Shown piece by piece: positions 50,162 to 63,600 of a DNA stretch of 64,000 nt. The stretch's first letter is position 1. Each line of letters starts with the position of its first letter. The notes beneath the pieces are model-generated. The model was not told the DNA's origin and searched no databases. It worked only from the letters and a program-made list of their open reading frames with translations. Both the position numbers and the translations under genes were made by a program. Origin of the DNA: Rhynchobatus australiae (lineage: Eukaryota); assembly GCA_034780895.1 (NCBI GenBank), contig JAUZTB010015204.1:1-64000 (forward strand), written 5' to 3'.

Positions 50162-50704
50162 TTAACCGTTCAATTGGTTAATTTTTTTCTGAAATTTTAC
50201 TAATCTTTGTTTCATTGAGACATCAGAAAGCATCAAATTAAAAGTTCCTGCTAAAAAATGAGAAAGATGTTCACCTGTACAAGTTGGGTAGCTCATACAG
50301 CTAATAATAACTCTTTCGTAAATTTCCTCTTTTAGTTCAAAAATTTGTTTTGTTAAGCTACGTTGTTTACCGAAACGGTATTCTGGAATCGGATAAAAAA
50401 AGCGAAAGCCATCGGCTGTTTTTAAAGTATTGTAATGTCAACCGTTACGTATTACATTTGACGGGTTTTTTTCTAAATAAATTAAATGTTTTTCAATTAA
50501 AGAAACGATATTTTCAATAAAATTTTGAAAAATAGTATTTTTATAATTTTCAAAATATTCTTTCATTGGAACAGTTTTGTATATTTCTTGGTTTTCACCA
50601 ATTTTCAAAAAGAAGCAAATATCACGTAAATTCGTTTTATTCAACGTTCTAAATTTATATTTTTTGTGTAAGTATTGTTTTATTTGGTATGTTTTCATAT
50701 TCAT
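50162..50704 (-). CDS. Hypothetical protein resembling the N-terminal (DNA-binding) part of IS256 transposases
   Basis: 180-aa code-4 ORF containing RNGWHYNTLKTADG..PIPEYRFG..EEIYERVIIS..HLSHFLAGTFNLMLS. Confidence 0.55.
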
Positions 50705-50984
50705 CTTTCAAATTTATTTTATCTTTTTTATGAAAAAAATAAAAAACTTCATTTAATGATGTTTTTGTCACCTTTTTTTATTTTGCATCCCTTTTTTCTA
50801 GAAGCACAATTAATTATATCTATAAAATCGCACATTTTTTAATGTAATAAAAAATTTTATTTAGCTATTAGGACAAATTTATCACAATCTTAAAAAAAGC
50901 TTAAAAACTATTAAGACACGTGATTAGATTAAGAGACAAAAAATAAAAAGAACTTCTTTTTTTATTTTTTAGCAACTAATCAAA

Positions 50985-52025
50985 TTATTGATTTTTATTT
51001 TTGTTCATAATTTTTAAAGACGGAGCTTTAACACGGCGTCTTTTTTCAGTAGTTTTTTGTTCTTGTTTAGGAGGTCGAGGTTTGAAAGGACCTAGTCAGT
51101 TCATTGAAGATCGATAAACTAAAACGTAATTAAAGTAATATTTTTCTTTTTGTAGCATGTATCTTTTGGTTGAAATAATTTGGAAATAAATAAAAGTCAA
51201 AACCCCAACACTCAAATAAAGATAACTCATAACTACATAATAATCATAAGACTCTTCTCGCAGTGGTTCCATGACGGCACGCGTAATACCATATCAAATT
51301 AAATACATACCGCCTGCAGCTCCAGGACGTAATAGGCCAAACAAATTAACAATTCAGACTAAAATTAAATAACCAATAAAATTAAGAATTGATTCGTATA
51401 AAAAGAGAGGAATGCGTAATTGTGCACTAGAAATTGGATCGCCGCGGTTGTAAATATACAAATGTTGGGCGATTGTATCTCCTCAAATGAGAGTGTATTG
51501 ACCAGTTGTATCGACAGCACCATAAACTTCATGATTAGCAAAATTGCCTCAACGTCCAATTGCTTGACCGATTAAAACAGCAGGTAAAACGAAACTAAAA
51601 CCAAAACGATAGTCAATGATGTGACGTTTACGAATAATATAAAGTAAATTAAGAATTGTGGGCACGGCAACGCCGCCTTGGATTGCTAATCCGCCTTCCC
51701 AAATAGCGTATCAGTGCGAACCAGGAAATGGATTATCTGCATTATAAATTAATCTTTCAAAAATGTATCAAAGCCTTGCTCCTAAAATTGAAGAAGGAAT
51801 GGTAATTAATGTTAAAGTTAAAAAAATATCCATAGGATATTTTTCTCTTCTTCAAAAGAAGAGAACTGTTAAAATAGAAGCGATAATGCCCACCATAATG
51901 GTGAAAGTATAAACCGGAAAATTAAAAGTACCAATCGTGAACAAATTAGTCGGTGTGCCTTCACGAATTGGTGCAAAATCTTTAGTAATATCGCTAATTT
52001 GCTTTAATACTGTTTCGCTGATCAT
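50985..52025 (-). CDS. lgt: Prolipoprotein diacylglyceryl transferase
   Basis: LGARLWY, WEGGLAIQGG, GQAIGRWGNFANHE and PLFLYES motifs. Confidence 0.95.
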
Positions 52026-52027
52026 AA

Positions 52028-52942
52028 TTACTTTTTTCTCCTTTGAGAAATAATGTCCAAAGCATTTAGTCCTTTTTGTCTTAAAATGAAATCATTAGTA
52101 CTAGCTTCAATTAATGAAGAGACGCTACGACCAGTTTTAATAGGAATTTTTTTTAATGGTAAAAATCATTTACCAATTCAAAATTTGAGATCACCATTAC
52201 CTAAACGATCGTAACTATGACCTTTGTTGAACTCAATTAATTGTACTACAAAATCAATATCAGAGCGATTTAATATTGATTTAAAACCATAAGTAGCTTG
52301 AATATCAATAATGCCGATGCCGCGCACTTCTAAAAAATTTTGTGTTATTTCTGGACTTCTGCCAATATAACGATTTCCTAAATGAGTTACTAAAACAGCG
52401 TCATCACTAATCAAAGTATGTCCTTGCTGAATCAGCTCTAAAGCTGATTCAGATTTTCCTGAACCAGACTCACCAACGATTAAAACACCAACGTTATGAA
52501 TGCGCACTAAAGTTCCGTGAATTTGTATTTCAGGGGATAACAATTCGGCTAAAAAAACGCCCACCGAATTCATAATTGAAGCGCTCGATAAATTAGTGTG
52601 AATAATAGGAATGTTGTGTTTATTTGCTTCAATAACGATTATTTTTACCCAAGCTGATTCCATTCCTTTTGCTAAAATGAGTCCACTAATGTTCGTGTTT
52701 AAAATGGCGGCAATTTTTATTTTACTTTTTTCAGCGCCGATGAAATTAAAATATGAACTTTCTTGACTAGATCAGAGTAGTAAGGCGCCACTAAGATGTG
52801 CAAAACTGGGCGTTAAAGCTAAATCAAGACCAGCTCTTTTGAGAGCAGGAACAGTAATATCTCGATATTTACGTTGGGGCTGATGATTAATTATTTCTAA
52901 ATTGAAATGTTGTAAAAGAGTTGCAATTTTGACCGATTTCAT
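52028..52942 (-). CDS. hprK: HPr kinase/phosphorylase
   Basis: IHGTLV, GESGSGKSE, ISDD, EVRGIGII and DRLG motifs. Confidence 0.95.
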
Positions 52943-52946
52943 GTTT

Positions 52947-55772
52947 TTATAATAGCCTTTTTAAAAATTGTCCGGTAAAACTTTTAGCATTTTTGGCAAC
53001 TTCTTCAGGCGTTCCTTGCGCGACAATTTTACCACCATGAACTCCACCGCCAGGACCTAAATCAATGATGTGATCTACACTTTTAATAACGTCCAAATTG
53101 TGTTCAATAACAATTACTGTATCTCCTTCAATTACAATTCTTTGTAAAATTTTGAGTAATTTGGCAATATCATAAGCGTGTAAGCCGGTAGTTGGTTCAT
53201 CAAGAACATAAACAGTTTTGCCTGTCGCTTTTTTTAATAAATGCGAGGCGAGCTTAACTCTTTGTGCCTCGCCGCCACTTAAAGTTGTTGATGACTGACC
53301 GAGCTTTATATAGCCTAAGCCAACATCATAAAGAGTTTGTAATTTTTTTTCTATTTTGGGTCGATTACTGAAAAAATTCAAACCATCCTCAACAGTCATA
53401 TCAAGTACGTCAAAAACACTTTTATTACGATATTTAATTTCTAAAGTTTCTGGGTTGTATCTTTTGCCTTCGCAATAGTCGCAACTGACATAAACATCAG
53501 GCAAAAAGTGCATTTCGATTTTGATGCTGCCATCACCTTGGCACTTATCACAACGTCCACCATTAACGTTGAAAGAAAAACGTCCTTTTGTATAACCGCG
53601 GGCTCGTGCTTCTTCAGAGCTGGCAAAGACTTCGCGAATGTCATCAAAAACTCCTGTGTAAGTGGCCGGGTTACTGCGCGGTGTTCTTCCGATTGGTGAT
53701 TGCGAAATCTCAACGATCTTATCAATTGCACGCAAACCTTCAATATTTTTGTATTTTTGATTTATTAAATGTGAATTGCGAAACGCCTCTTTAACTCCTT
53801 GCACTAAAACTTCATTTACTAAAGTTGATTTTCCTGAACCAGAAACTCCAGTTACAGCTATGAATTTTTTTAAAGGAAATTCAACCGTTAAATTTTGTAG
53901 ATTATTTTTTTTAGCGCCTTTAACTAATAAAGTAGGAGTTTTAGCTACTCTTCTTTTCTTTGGCACTTCGATTTTTAAAGCGCCACTCAAATATTGACCG
54001 GTAATTGATTCTTTAACTTTAATGATTTCTTCAATTGTGCCTTGAGCAACTACTTTGCCACCGTGTTTGCCTGCTAAAGGGCCAATGTCGATGAGATAAT
54101 CAGCTTTTCGCATTGTGTCTTCATCATGCTCAACAACAATTAAAGTGTTACCTAGAGACACCATTTCTTTTAAAGTATCAATTAATTTATTATTGTCCTT
54201 TTGGTGTAAACCGATGCTTGGCTCATCAAGCACATACAAAACACCAGTTAATTTTGAACCTATTTGTGTGGCTAAGCGAATTCTTTGCGCTTCGCCTCCA
54301 GAAAGTGTTTCTGATTTTCTGTGTAAGGAAATGTAATCTAAGCCAACGTCTATTAAAAAAGAAAGGCGATTAATTAACTCTTCCAAAACTAATTTAACAA
54401 TTTCTTTTTCATGATCAGTAAATTTTAATTTGAGAATAATATTGAATAAATCTTCAATGGCAACAACGGTTAAATCATGTATGTTGTATTTATCAATTTT
54501 GACTGCAAGCGCAAAATTATTTAATCTTTTTCCTTGGCACAACTCACAAGCGGCTTCACCCATATATTTGCGATAATATTTACGAACATTTTCGCTAACA
54601 GTGTCTAAATATCTTCTTTCAACACGAGGCAAAACTCCTTCGATGTGACGAAATCTTGGATAACTGACGCCACCATCACTTTTAACTACAAAATTAATTT
54701 CTTCTAATGATCCATATTTAACAATGTCGAGTTCAAATTCACTAAATTGATTTATCGGTTTATTAATATCGATTTTATAATAATTTAATAAAGCTCTAAA
54801 TTCTTGCCACTCTAAGTTAGTCGAATTTACAGTTCTTTGGAAAATGCGAATAGCTCCTTGTAAAATGCTTAAACTAGGATCAGGAACTAAGGCGTCTCAA
54901 GAACCTTTAAGTTCTAAGCCTAAACCTTTACAACGGGTACACATCCCATAAGGCGCATTAAAAGAAAAAAGTCGTGGTTCAATTTTGGGCATATCAAAAT
55001 CACCATGGGGACAAGAATAAAGTTTAGAATAAAGTTCTTCACTTTGATTATCGAAATTAACAATTTTAACGATTCCATTACCGTAAATTAGTGCATTCTC
55101 AATATCTTCAGTAATTCTTTGTCTTGATTCTTCATTAATCACGATGCGATCAACCACGATATCAATAGTGTGCTTGCGATTCCTTTCTAATTTAATTTTT
55201 TCATCTAAAGTATAAATTTGCTTATCAATTCGCACTCTAAAAAAAGATTCACGCTTAATTCTTTCAAGAAGATTTTGGTGGGTTCCTTTAGCGTTTTCGA
55301 CCTGAGGAGCTAAAATTAAAATTTTAGTTCCTGTTTTTAAATTAAAGACACTATTAATGATGTCTTTAATTTTTTGGGCCGTAATTTCGATTTTATGGTA
55401 AGGACAAAACGGTTTACCTACGCTAGCGAATAATAAGCGTAAATAATCGAGAATTTCTGTAACTGTGCCCACTGTTGAACGTGGATTATTGTGAGTTGTT
55501 TTTTGTTCAATTGAAATTGAAGGCGAAAGTCCTTCTATTTGATCAACATCAGGTTTTTTAGTTCCACCTAAAAATTGTCGAGCATAAGAAGAGAGCGAAT
55601 CAACATAACGCCTTCTTCCTTCTTCATAAATAGTATTAAAAGCTAATGATGATTTTCCTGAGCCAGAAACTCCAGTTAATACTACTAATTTGTTTTTAGG
55701 AATAACAAGATTAATATTTCGTAAATTGTTTTCTCTAGCTCCCTTGATTCGTAATTCATCAATTTTAGTCAT
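52947..55772 (-). CDS. uvrA: Excinuclease ABC subunit A
   Basis: Two ABC modules (GVSGSGKS twice, LSGGEAQR twice) and zinc-binding Cys motifs. Open across TGA codons. Confidence 0.98.
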
Positions 55773-55861
55773 TGTAGAATTATATATAAATTAGCCTTCA
55801 CAGCAGGAAACTTGCTAAAGAAAATTAATAATTTCAGCATCCAAAAAATTATTTTATGCCT

Positions 55862-56317
55862 TTAATTTAGCGGTAAAAGCGCTCTTTTGATAATTGGCAC
55901 GTTTTTGATGTTAAATAACTCTTCTGTAAGTGCTTCAAAGAGAATTTCACTTTTATTGTGTTTTTTGATATTTTTTTCAACTTTTTGATTGATCAGAAGT
56001 TGCGTTTTAGCTAAATCAGCATGTGAATGGTTCAATAATTTTAATGATTTGTTTGTTCTGTCTAGAAGTTCAACAATATTTTCAATTGAATTTAAAATTT
56101 TTAAAATTTGATCCGCGGTTTTAAAAATATTATCATTGGCAATATTAATTTTATTGATAAAAAACTTAATCGTTTCTGCGATTATCTCTCAAAGAGTTTC
56201 TTGCTCTTGATTCATTTGTTTGTTAATTAAACGTTTTTCTAAAAGTTCTAAAATCTTTTCTTTGGAAGTTTTAGTGTGATTTTCAAGTTTTACTGAAGAA
56301 AAAATTTTCTTCTCCAT
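55862..56317 (-). CDS. Hypothetical helical protein (151 aa, missed by the ORF track)
   Basis: Open code-4 frame with a strong AAGGAGG RBS before ATG 56317. Confidence 0.7.
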
Positions 56318-56480
56318 TTTTACCTCCTTTGCTTAACTAAAAAAATAATTACACAAAACTTCAAAAGTATTTAAAAACTCGGAAAAAGAAAGGAAAAAGT
56401 GGCTTAGTTATTACTAAGAAGTAATATGTTAAACAAAACTTGCTTTCAAAACAGTTTATTAATAAGAGTTTTCAAAATTG

Positions 56481-57335
56481 TTAAGAATTTTTTTGAAAAC
56501 GTTCACGGTATTTATAATTAAGAGCAGAACTAAGTGCCTGATGGTATTGATCATAATTTTCAACTCAAGGGCGATGTCCGCTTTTGGGAATTTCATAGAT
56601 TTGCAAAGGTACATTTAAATTTTGAAAGTAATTAATCGTTTTTTGCGTGTTTACTAAACGGTCACTAGAACCAACAATTAAGTGCACTTGTCTACTTTTT
56701 TGATAACCTTGATCAACTTCGTCTAAATTTTTTAAAGATTTTAAAATTGGTAAAAATGCTAAATAGTCTTGGTTTTGATAACGAGTTTTTTGTAAATTAT
56801 TAAAAACTTTTCGTAGTTGCTTTTCTTTTGCTAAGGAATCATACATTTTGCTAGCATCGTGTAAAGTTAAATTTAAAGAAAATATAAAGTCTTCAAAAGT
56901 TTCTGGTTTAAAAATTTTATTAAATGTTTTAGCATCTTCAAAAGTGGCTTCTCGATTAGAAGGAGCGACTAAAACAATTTGCTCAATTAAGTTGGGAACT
57001 TTTGCTTGTACCATAGCAGCAAAAGCGGCGCCCATTGAATGCGCTAATAAAGTAATTTTGGTTAATTTAAATTTTTTAATTAAATCAAGATAAATACCAA
57101 GCAAATTTTCAACAGTAAGTTCATCAGGGTAACTATAAATTCCCATAATAGCTGGCAGTAAAGGAGCATAAACGTTGTATTTTTGTGTATAAGTTTTTTT
57201 ATTTCAGTCAAAAATGTTGGCAATTTTTGATCCTAGCCCATGAAAAACAATTAAGTTGAAAGGTGCGTTTTTATTAATAAATTGTAATTCAACAGTTGAA
57301 TTAGCTAAAACTATTTCTTTTTTTTCAAAATTCAT
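56481..57335 (-). CDS. Alpha/beta hydrolase (lipase/esterase)
   Basis: FHGLG oxyanion motif, AHSMG nucleophile elbow, GSSD and SGHRPW motifs. Confidence 0.88.
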
Positions 57336-57391
57336 AGTTTTATTATAAATATTAATTAATAATGATTTACAAATGTAAGTAAAATAATGAT

Positions 57392-60247
57392 GTGAAAAAA
57401 ACTCCATATCCAAAAATAATCATAAATAAAGAACCTTATTTAAATACGAATTTAAATTTTGGATTAAATAAAGAAGAAATCCAAAAAAGACACAGTCTTT
57501 TTGGAATGAATTTAATTAGCAGCGCTAAAAAGATTTCTCTTTTGAAAATTTTTTTAAGTCGTTTTAAGGATTTATTAATTATTCTACTTTTAATAGCAAC
57601 TGTGGCTTCCTTAGTAATTGCCCTCCAAAGTGGCTTTGAAAAAAACTTTGATTTTGCTAATAATCAAGATTTAATTATTGAATTTGTGCAACCCTTTATC
57701 ATTTTCGCTGTAGTCATTGCCAATGCCTCTTTAGGCACTTGACAAGAGTTAAAATCTATCGCCGCGGTAGCCGCTTTAAGAAGCAATGAAAACGAAAAAG
57801 CTAAAGTTATCCGCGAAGGCAAATTACTTACCATTAAGGCAAGCCATATTACAATTGGCGATTTATTGTTTATTGAAGCTGGTGATAAAATCCATGCTGA
57901 TGGTATTATCAAAAAAAGTAATAATCTTTTTTGTATTGAAGCACCTTTAACTGGTGAGTCTTTACCTGTAGAAAAAGGATTGCATTTAGAACAAAGAAAG
58001 AATGCTGCTTTAGGCGATTTAAAACATCATGTTTTTAAAGGATGTAGTGTGAGCAGAGGTAATGCTCTGATTTTAGTTACTAAAATTAGTTATGAGACCG
58101 AAATTGGTAAAATTGCTAATTTATTAGCAAAGCAAGAAAATCTTTTAACACCTTTACAACTGAAATTAAATCGTCTTTCTCGTTTTTTAGGTTATTGTGG
58201 AATCGCGCTTTTTTTAATTGTTTTTGTAGCACAAGTAGCTTTATTAGGTTTTGAAAATATTAAAGATAGCTGATCGGTTGCTTTAGTAGCCGGAATTGCT
58301 CTTGCTGTAGCTGTTATTCCTGAAGGACTTTCAGCTTTTACAACTATTGTTTTAGCCATTGGTGTTTCGCAAATGGCCAAACAAAAAGCGATTATTAAAC
58401 ACCTTGCTGCTGTTGAAACTTTAGGTAGTGCAAGCGTTATCTCTTCTGATAAAACAGGGACCATCACACAAAATAAAATGAGTGTTTCTGGGATTTGGAC
58501 TTTAAGAGCTGAAGAAGGGCTTGATAACTGATCTAGAGAACATCAAAAGCTTCTTCAAGAAGCGCTTTTGTGCACCGAAGCTGAAATTGAAAGCCACCAA
58601 GATGAAGATCATTATACTGGTGATCCAACAGAATTAGCAATAGTTCAATTTGCGCTTTTGCACGATCTTAGAAAGTCAAAACTAAAGCTTAGCTATCCAA
58701 GAGTTAACCAAATTCCTTTTGATTCTCAACGTAAAATGATGAGTGTTTTAAATGAACACAAAGACGATCTCATTTTAATTACCAAAGGGGCTCCTGAAAA
58801 GATTATGGCTCAGTGTCATAATTTAAACGACGAAGACAAAAGTTTAATAGAAGCGCAACTGTTAATTTATGGTAAGCAAGCTTTTCGCACTTTGGCAGTT
58901 GCGAAAAAAACTTTTTCGCAAAATGATGAAGCTCTTATTAATAAAAACAACTGAGAAAAAGATTTAACTTTTTTAGGTCTTATTGCTATGGAAGATCCGG
59001 CTCGGCCTGAAAGTAAAGAAGCGATCAAATTAATTTGAGAAGCTGGGATTAAACCGATCATGATCACTGGTGATCATCCTTTAACTGCAGCTGCAATAGC
59101 GCAAAAAGTAGGTATTATTCGCTCTTCTAAAGACAAAGTTATTAGTTCCCAAGAGTTAAAAAAACTAAGTGATCAAGAACTTTCAGAAAAAATAGAAAAC
59201 TATGCCGTTTATGCACGTGTTTCCCCTGAAGACAAAATTAGAGTCGTTAAAGCTTGACAAGCTAAAGATCAAGTTATTGCTATGACTGGTGATGGTGTTA
59301 ATGATGCACCAGCTCTTAAAGCTGCTGATTTAGGCTGCGCTATGGGCATTAGTGGAACCGATGTTTCTAAAGATTCAGCTGATATTATTTTAGTCGATGA
59401 TAATTATTATACTATCGTCAAAGCGGTGGAAACAGGACGTCATATTTACGAAAAATTACGTAAGGTAATTTTGAACTTATTAGTGATGTCAACTTCGGCG
59501 ACTTTAAGCGTTGTCATTGGGCTCTTAGTTTTTAATTTAGTTTATCACAATGAAATTGAAATGTATTTAACTAAAAATCATGAAACTTTTAATTTATTTA
59601 GTGCTATTCAAATTTTATGATTAAACTTAATTGTTCATGGTCTGCCCGCAATTGCGCTCGGTTTGGAAGAGGACAAAAATAACTTAATGCAGCAGCGGCC
59701 TTTTAGTAAACATGAATCTATTTTTTCTAGAGGCATTGGTTGAAAACTAATTTGACAAGGAATGTTAATCACGATTTTAACTTTAGGCGCTTATGCTTAT
59801 GGCATGCAATTAGCTTTACAAACGCAAAATTTTAAAGAGCTTAATCATTTTGGAGCTACTGCTGGATTTTTAACTTTAAGTTTATCGACAGCCATTAATG
59901 CTTTTAATTTATTCAGTGATAAAAGTGTTATTTTTGTTTTTAATGGAAAACGTAAATACTTATATTTAGCTGTCGGTTCGAGCGTTGTTGCTATTCTTTT
60001 AGTTGTTTTGATTCCACCAATTGCTGATGTTTTTTCATTAGTTCACGATCTTACTAACGGTAACAAAATTAATTTATTTTGAGTCCCTTTACTTTTAGCT
60101 TTAGTGCCTACTTTAGTTTGAGAAATTTTTAAGTTATGAAAATGACGCTTTAAAATGATGCATTTTGAACCGATTCGTGATTTTCAATTAATTAAGAAAC
60201 CGCAAACTTGAATTAGTAAATTAAAAAGACCGAAAAAGACCTCTTAA
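57392..60247 (+). CDS. Cation-transporting P-type ATPase (Ca2+/type II-like)
   Basis: LTGES, PEGL, DKTGT, KGAPE, TGD and GDGVNDAP motifs. GTG start. Confidence 0.93.
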
Positions 60248-60388
60248 GTTTTTTGAAAATAAGTGTTTGTTTTAGCTAAAAAGTTTAATTCACTAATTAA
60301 TTCATTAATTGATTCCCACATTTTTTTATTTTATATTGAAGTTTTTTAAAAGCATTTTGTATTTTAAAAAATCATAATTTTTAATTTT

Positions 60389-60422
60389 TAAACGATTTAA
60401 TAGTTAGTTAAATCGTTTTTTT
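60389..60422 (+). terminator. Hairpin, probable terminator downstream of the P-type ATPase
   Basis: aaacgatttaa-tagttag-ttaaatcgttt followed by Ts. Confidence 0.5.
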
Positions 60423-60667
60423 AATGAATTTAAACGCTGAAAATGAATTTTTTATCAAAATTAAGCGTAAAATTTAGTATTTGCAACAAATTTCAGAAAA
60501 AAATTTTTTTATAAAAATATTTAAAATGTATAAACTACTTTTTGAGTAAAAAGGGAAAGAAGTCAATTTATTAGTATTAATACTATTTATTTTTGACATT
60601 AAAAATTTATTTTTTGAGCAATCCCTTACTGACAATAAATAACTTTTTATTTATAAAGGATACTTTT

Positions 60668-63600
60668 ATGAAAATAAAAAAGCCACAACGTACAATATTA
60701 TGAGCTGCAATTTTAACTACTTCAGCTTTAACCTTATCACTTAGCGCTTGTGCCTCTAAAATAGATTATAAAAAAGACGCTAGTTCTAATATCAATTCTT
60801 TAAAAACAAAAATTGAAAAGCAATTGCAAAATTTACATTTTCTTGAAGAACCAAAATCTTTTGAAAAAACCAATTGAGACGAAATCAAAAAAAGTCTTAA
60901 AGAAACGATTGATTTACCTCCAGAAACTAAAGTTAATGTACAATCAAGTGAAGTTAGTACTGATCATAAATATCTTACAGTTAGCTTATCAATTACAAAT
61001 AATGACTCACTTAAAGAAAATCCTTATTTATTAAAAATTAAAATTGCGATGCCACTTTCGGTAAATCAAGAAAGCGAAGTTGAGCAAAAAGAAGATGGTG
61101 CTGATGAGACTAATCTTAATATTTTGCAAGATTTTTTAAAAACTGTTAAAGAGACTTGAGAAGTGCTTAATAAAACTGATCAATTAGTAAATTTAGAAAG
61201 ACTAGATTCAATAAGTGAATTGCAGAAATGATTTGATATTTCTGAACTTAATTTTCCTCAAAATTCTTCTTTTGTTTTAGCAATAGGAAATGTTGATGAT
61301 ACTAATCATGCAGCAGCGCAATTAACAATTCATTTAGGAAATGTCTCAGCATCAAAAAAAATCAGCATTAGTGGACTTTCTAGCCCCCAACAAGTTAGCT
61401 TAAATCAACTAGCTCAGAAACTTAATGCTTTAAGTTCACAAAGTGAACGCTTAGTAACGAAACTAACTAATATCGAAATGCAAACTTTATTAAAATCAGA
61501 AAGCCCTAGTCTTGATCTAATTAGCTCGAATTTAGATATTGATAAAGAATTTAATAACGGCATTACTTTTAATTTTGAAGGACCTAATCAAATTGATAGT
61601 AACGGCAATTTAGATCTTCAATTAGCTATTAATTTAGAATCAGTTAATTCTAAAAAAGTTAGCTTATATTTTAGTGGATTCAGCCCTGTAATTCCTATTT
61701 CTGAAGATCAAAAAGCCGTTGAAGAAAATTACCAAATTTTAAACAATAAAGTTTTTTCAATAAACAATCAAAATACTACTTTAACAAATCAGGAAATTGT
61801 TAATTTAACTAATTTAGCAGCAATTAATTCATTATTAAATAGTGATGATCAAATTAGCCCCCTTCAAGAGATTACTATTGAAATTAAAAGCGGAGCAAGT
61901 CCTGTTGCAAATGATACTAATGGGACAATTATTGTTACTTTAACTTTAGCTAAAGGGACCTTTTCAAAAGATCTTACAATTACTTTATCAGGTTTCCAAA
62001 CTAAGCTTCAAGCTGATCAAAAAGCCGTTGATAAAAACGTTAAAAATATATCTAAAAATATTAATTTAACTAATCAATCTGCACTTGCAACGGAAGCATT
62101 AAAAGAAATCGGTAAAACACTTGAAACTTTAAATAGTTACCTTCCTGAAGAGAAGCAAATCAAAGCTACTGAAGGCGTAAGTATTTTAGTCAAAAAAGCT
62201 ACTGAAGGCAGCTTTAATCCTTTAGCTGATAATGTTAATGGAACCATAAGCGTTATTTTTGTGGTGTCTAAAAATGAAGCAACTTCTCGTGAAGTTACTG
62301 TTACTATAAATGGGTTTAAAACTAGTGTAGAAGCAGATACAGAAGCAATTGAATCACGCTTTCAAGAGCTTCCTAAGACAATTACCATTGCAGATAAAGA
62401 AAATGTTTTGCCAAGTTCAGAAATAACTAATTTAAACACTTTAGATAAAATAAAAGAATTATCAGGAGTTGGCACTAAATTAGATCAAACTAATGGGGTT
62501 TTAATAAATCTTAAAGATGCGACAAATGCTAGCATCACAGCTGATAATATTAATGGAACCATAAGCGTTACTTTAGTACTTTCTAAAGGAGAAACGACTA
62601 AAGAGATCACGATTACTTTAAATGGTTTTTTAACGATTTCGCAAGCTAATCAAAATGATGTTAATGCTCGCGCCATTGAACTTAATAATGCAATTACTAT
62701 TAGTGGTAAAGAAGAAGTCTTAGCTAGTTCAGAAATAACTAATTTAAACACTTTAGATAAAATAAAAGAATTATCAGGAGTTGGCACTAAATTAAATGAA
62801 ATTAATGGCGTTTCGATAAGACTAAAAGATGCAACTAATGCTAATTTAAATTTTACCGCTAATGATAATAACGGAACTATAAGTGTTACTTTAGTACTTT
62901 CTAAAGGTGAAACCACTAAAGAGATCATGATTACTTTAAGTGGTTTTCAAACGAGTCTTCAAGCTGATCAAAAAGCTGTTGATAAAAACGCAGATAACAT
63001 TAATAAAACAGTTCAATTAGAAAATCAAACTACCCTTGCAACTGAGGCTCAAAGCGCTTTAGGAACAAACCTTAGCTCTCTCAACACTTTTCTTGGTAAA
63101 GGTAAGCAAATTGTAGCGACTGATGGCGTTACTATTAGTATTAAAGAAGCTCTTTCAGGAAATACTAATCCTTCTTTTAATGATACTAATGGCACTATAA
63201 GTGTTGTTTTAGTTGTGTCTAAAAACGAAGCAATTTCTCGCGAAGTTACTGTTACTATAACTGGGTTTAAAACTAGAGATGAAGTAGATAAAGAAGCTAT
63301 TAATGCACGCGCTCAAGAACTCGCTAAGACAATTATAATTACGGGTAAAGAAAGTGTTTTACCAACTTCAGAAATAACTAATTTAAACACTTTAGATAAA
63401 ATTAAAGAACTGTCAGGAATTGGCAATAAATTAGCTGAAACTAATGGCCTTAGAATCACTTTTAAGGAAACAACTAATGTTAATTCCAATCTCAGAGCCA
63501 ATGATACTAACGGGACAATTAGTGTAACTTTAACGCTCTCTAAAGGTAGTGTTAGTAAAGATCTTACGATAATTTTATCAGGATTTCAAACCACGCAAGC

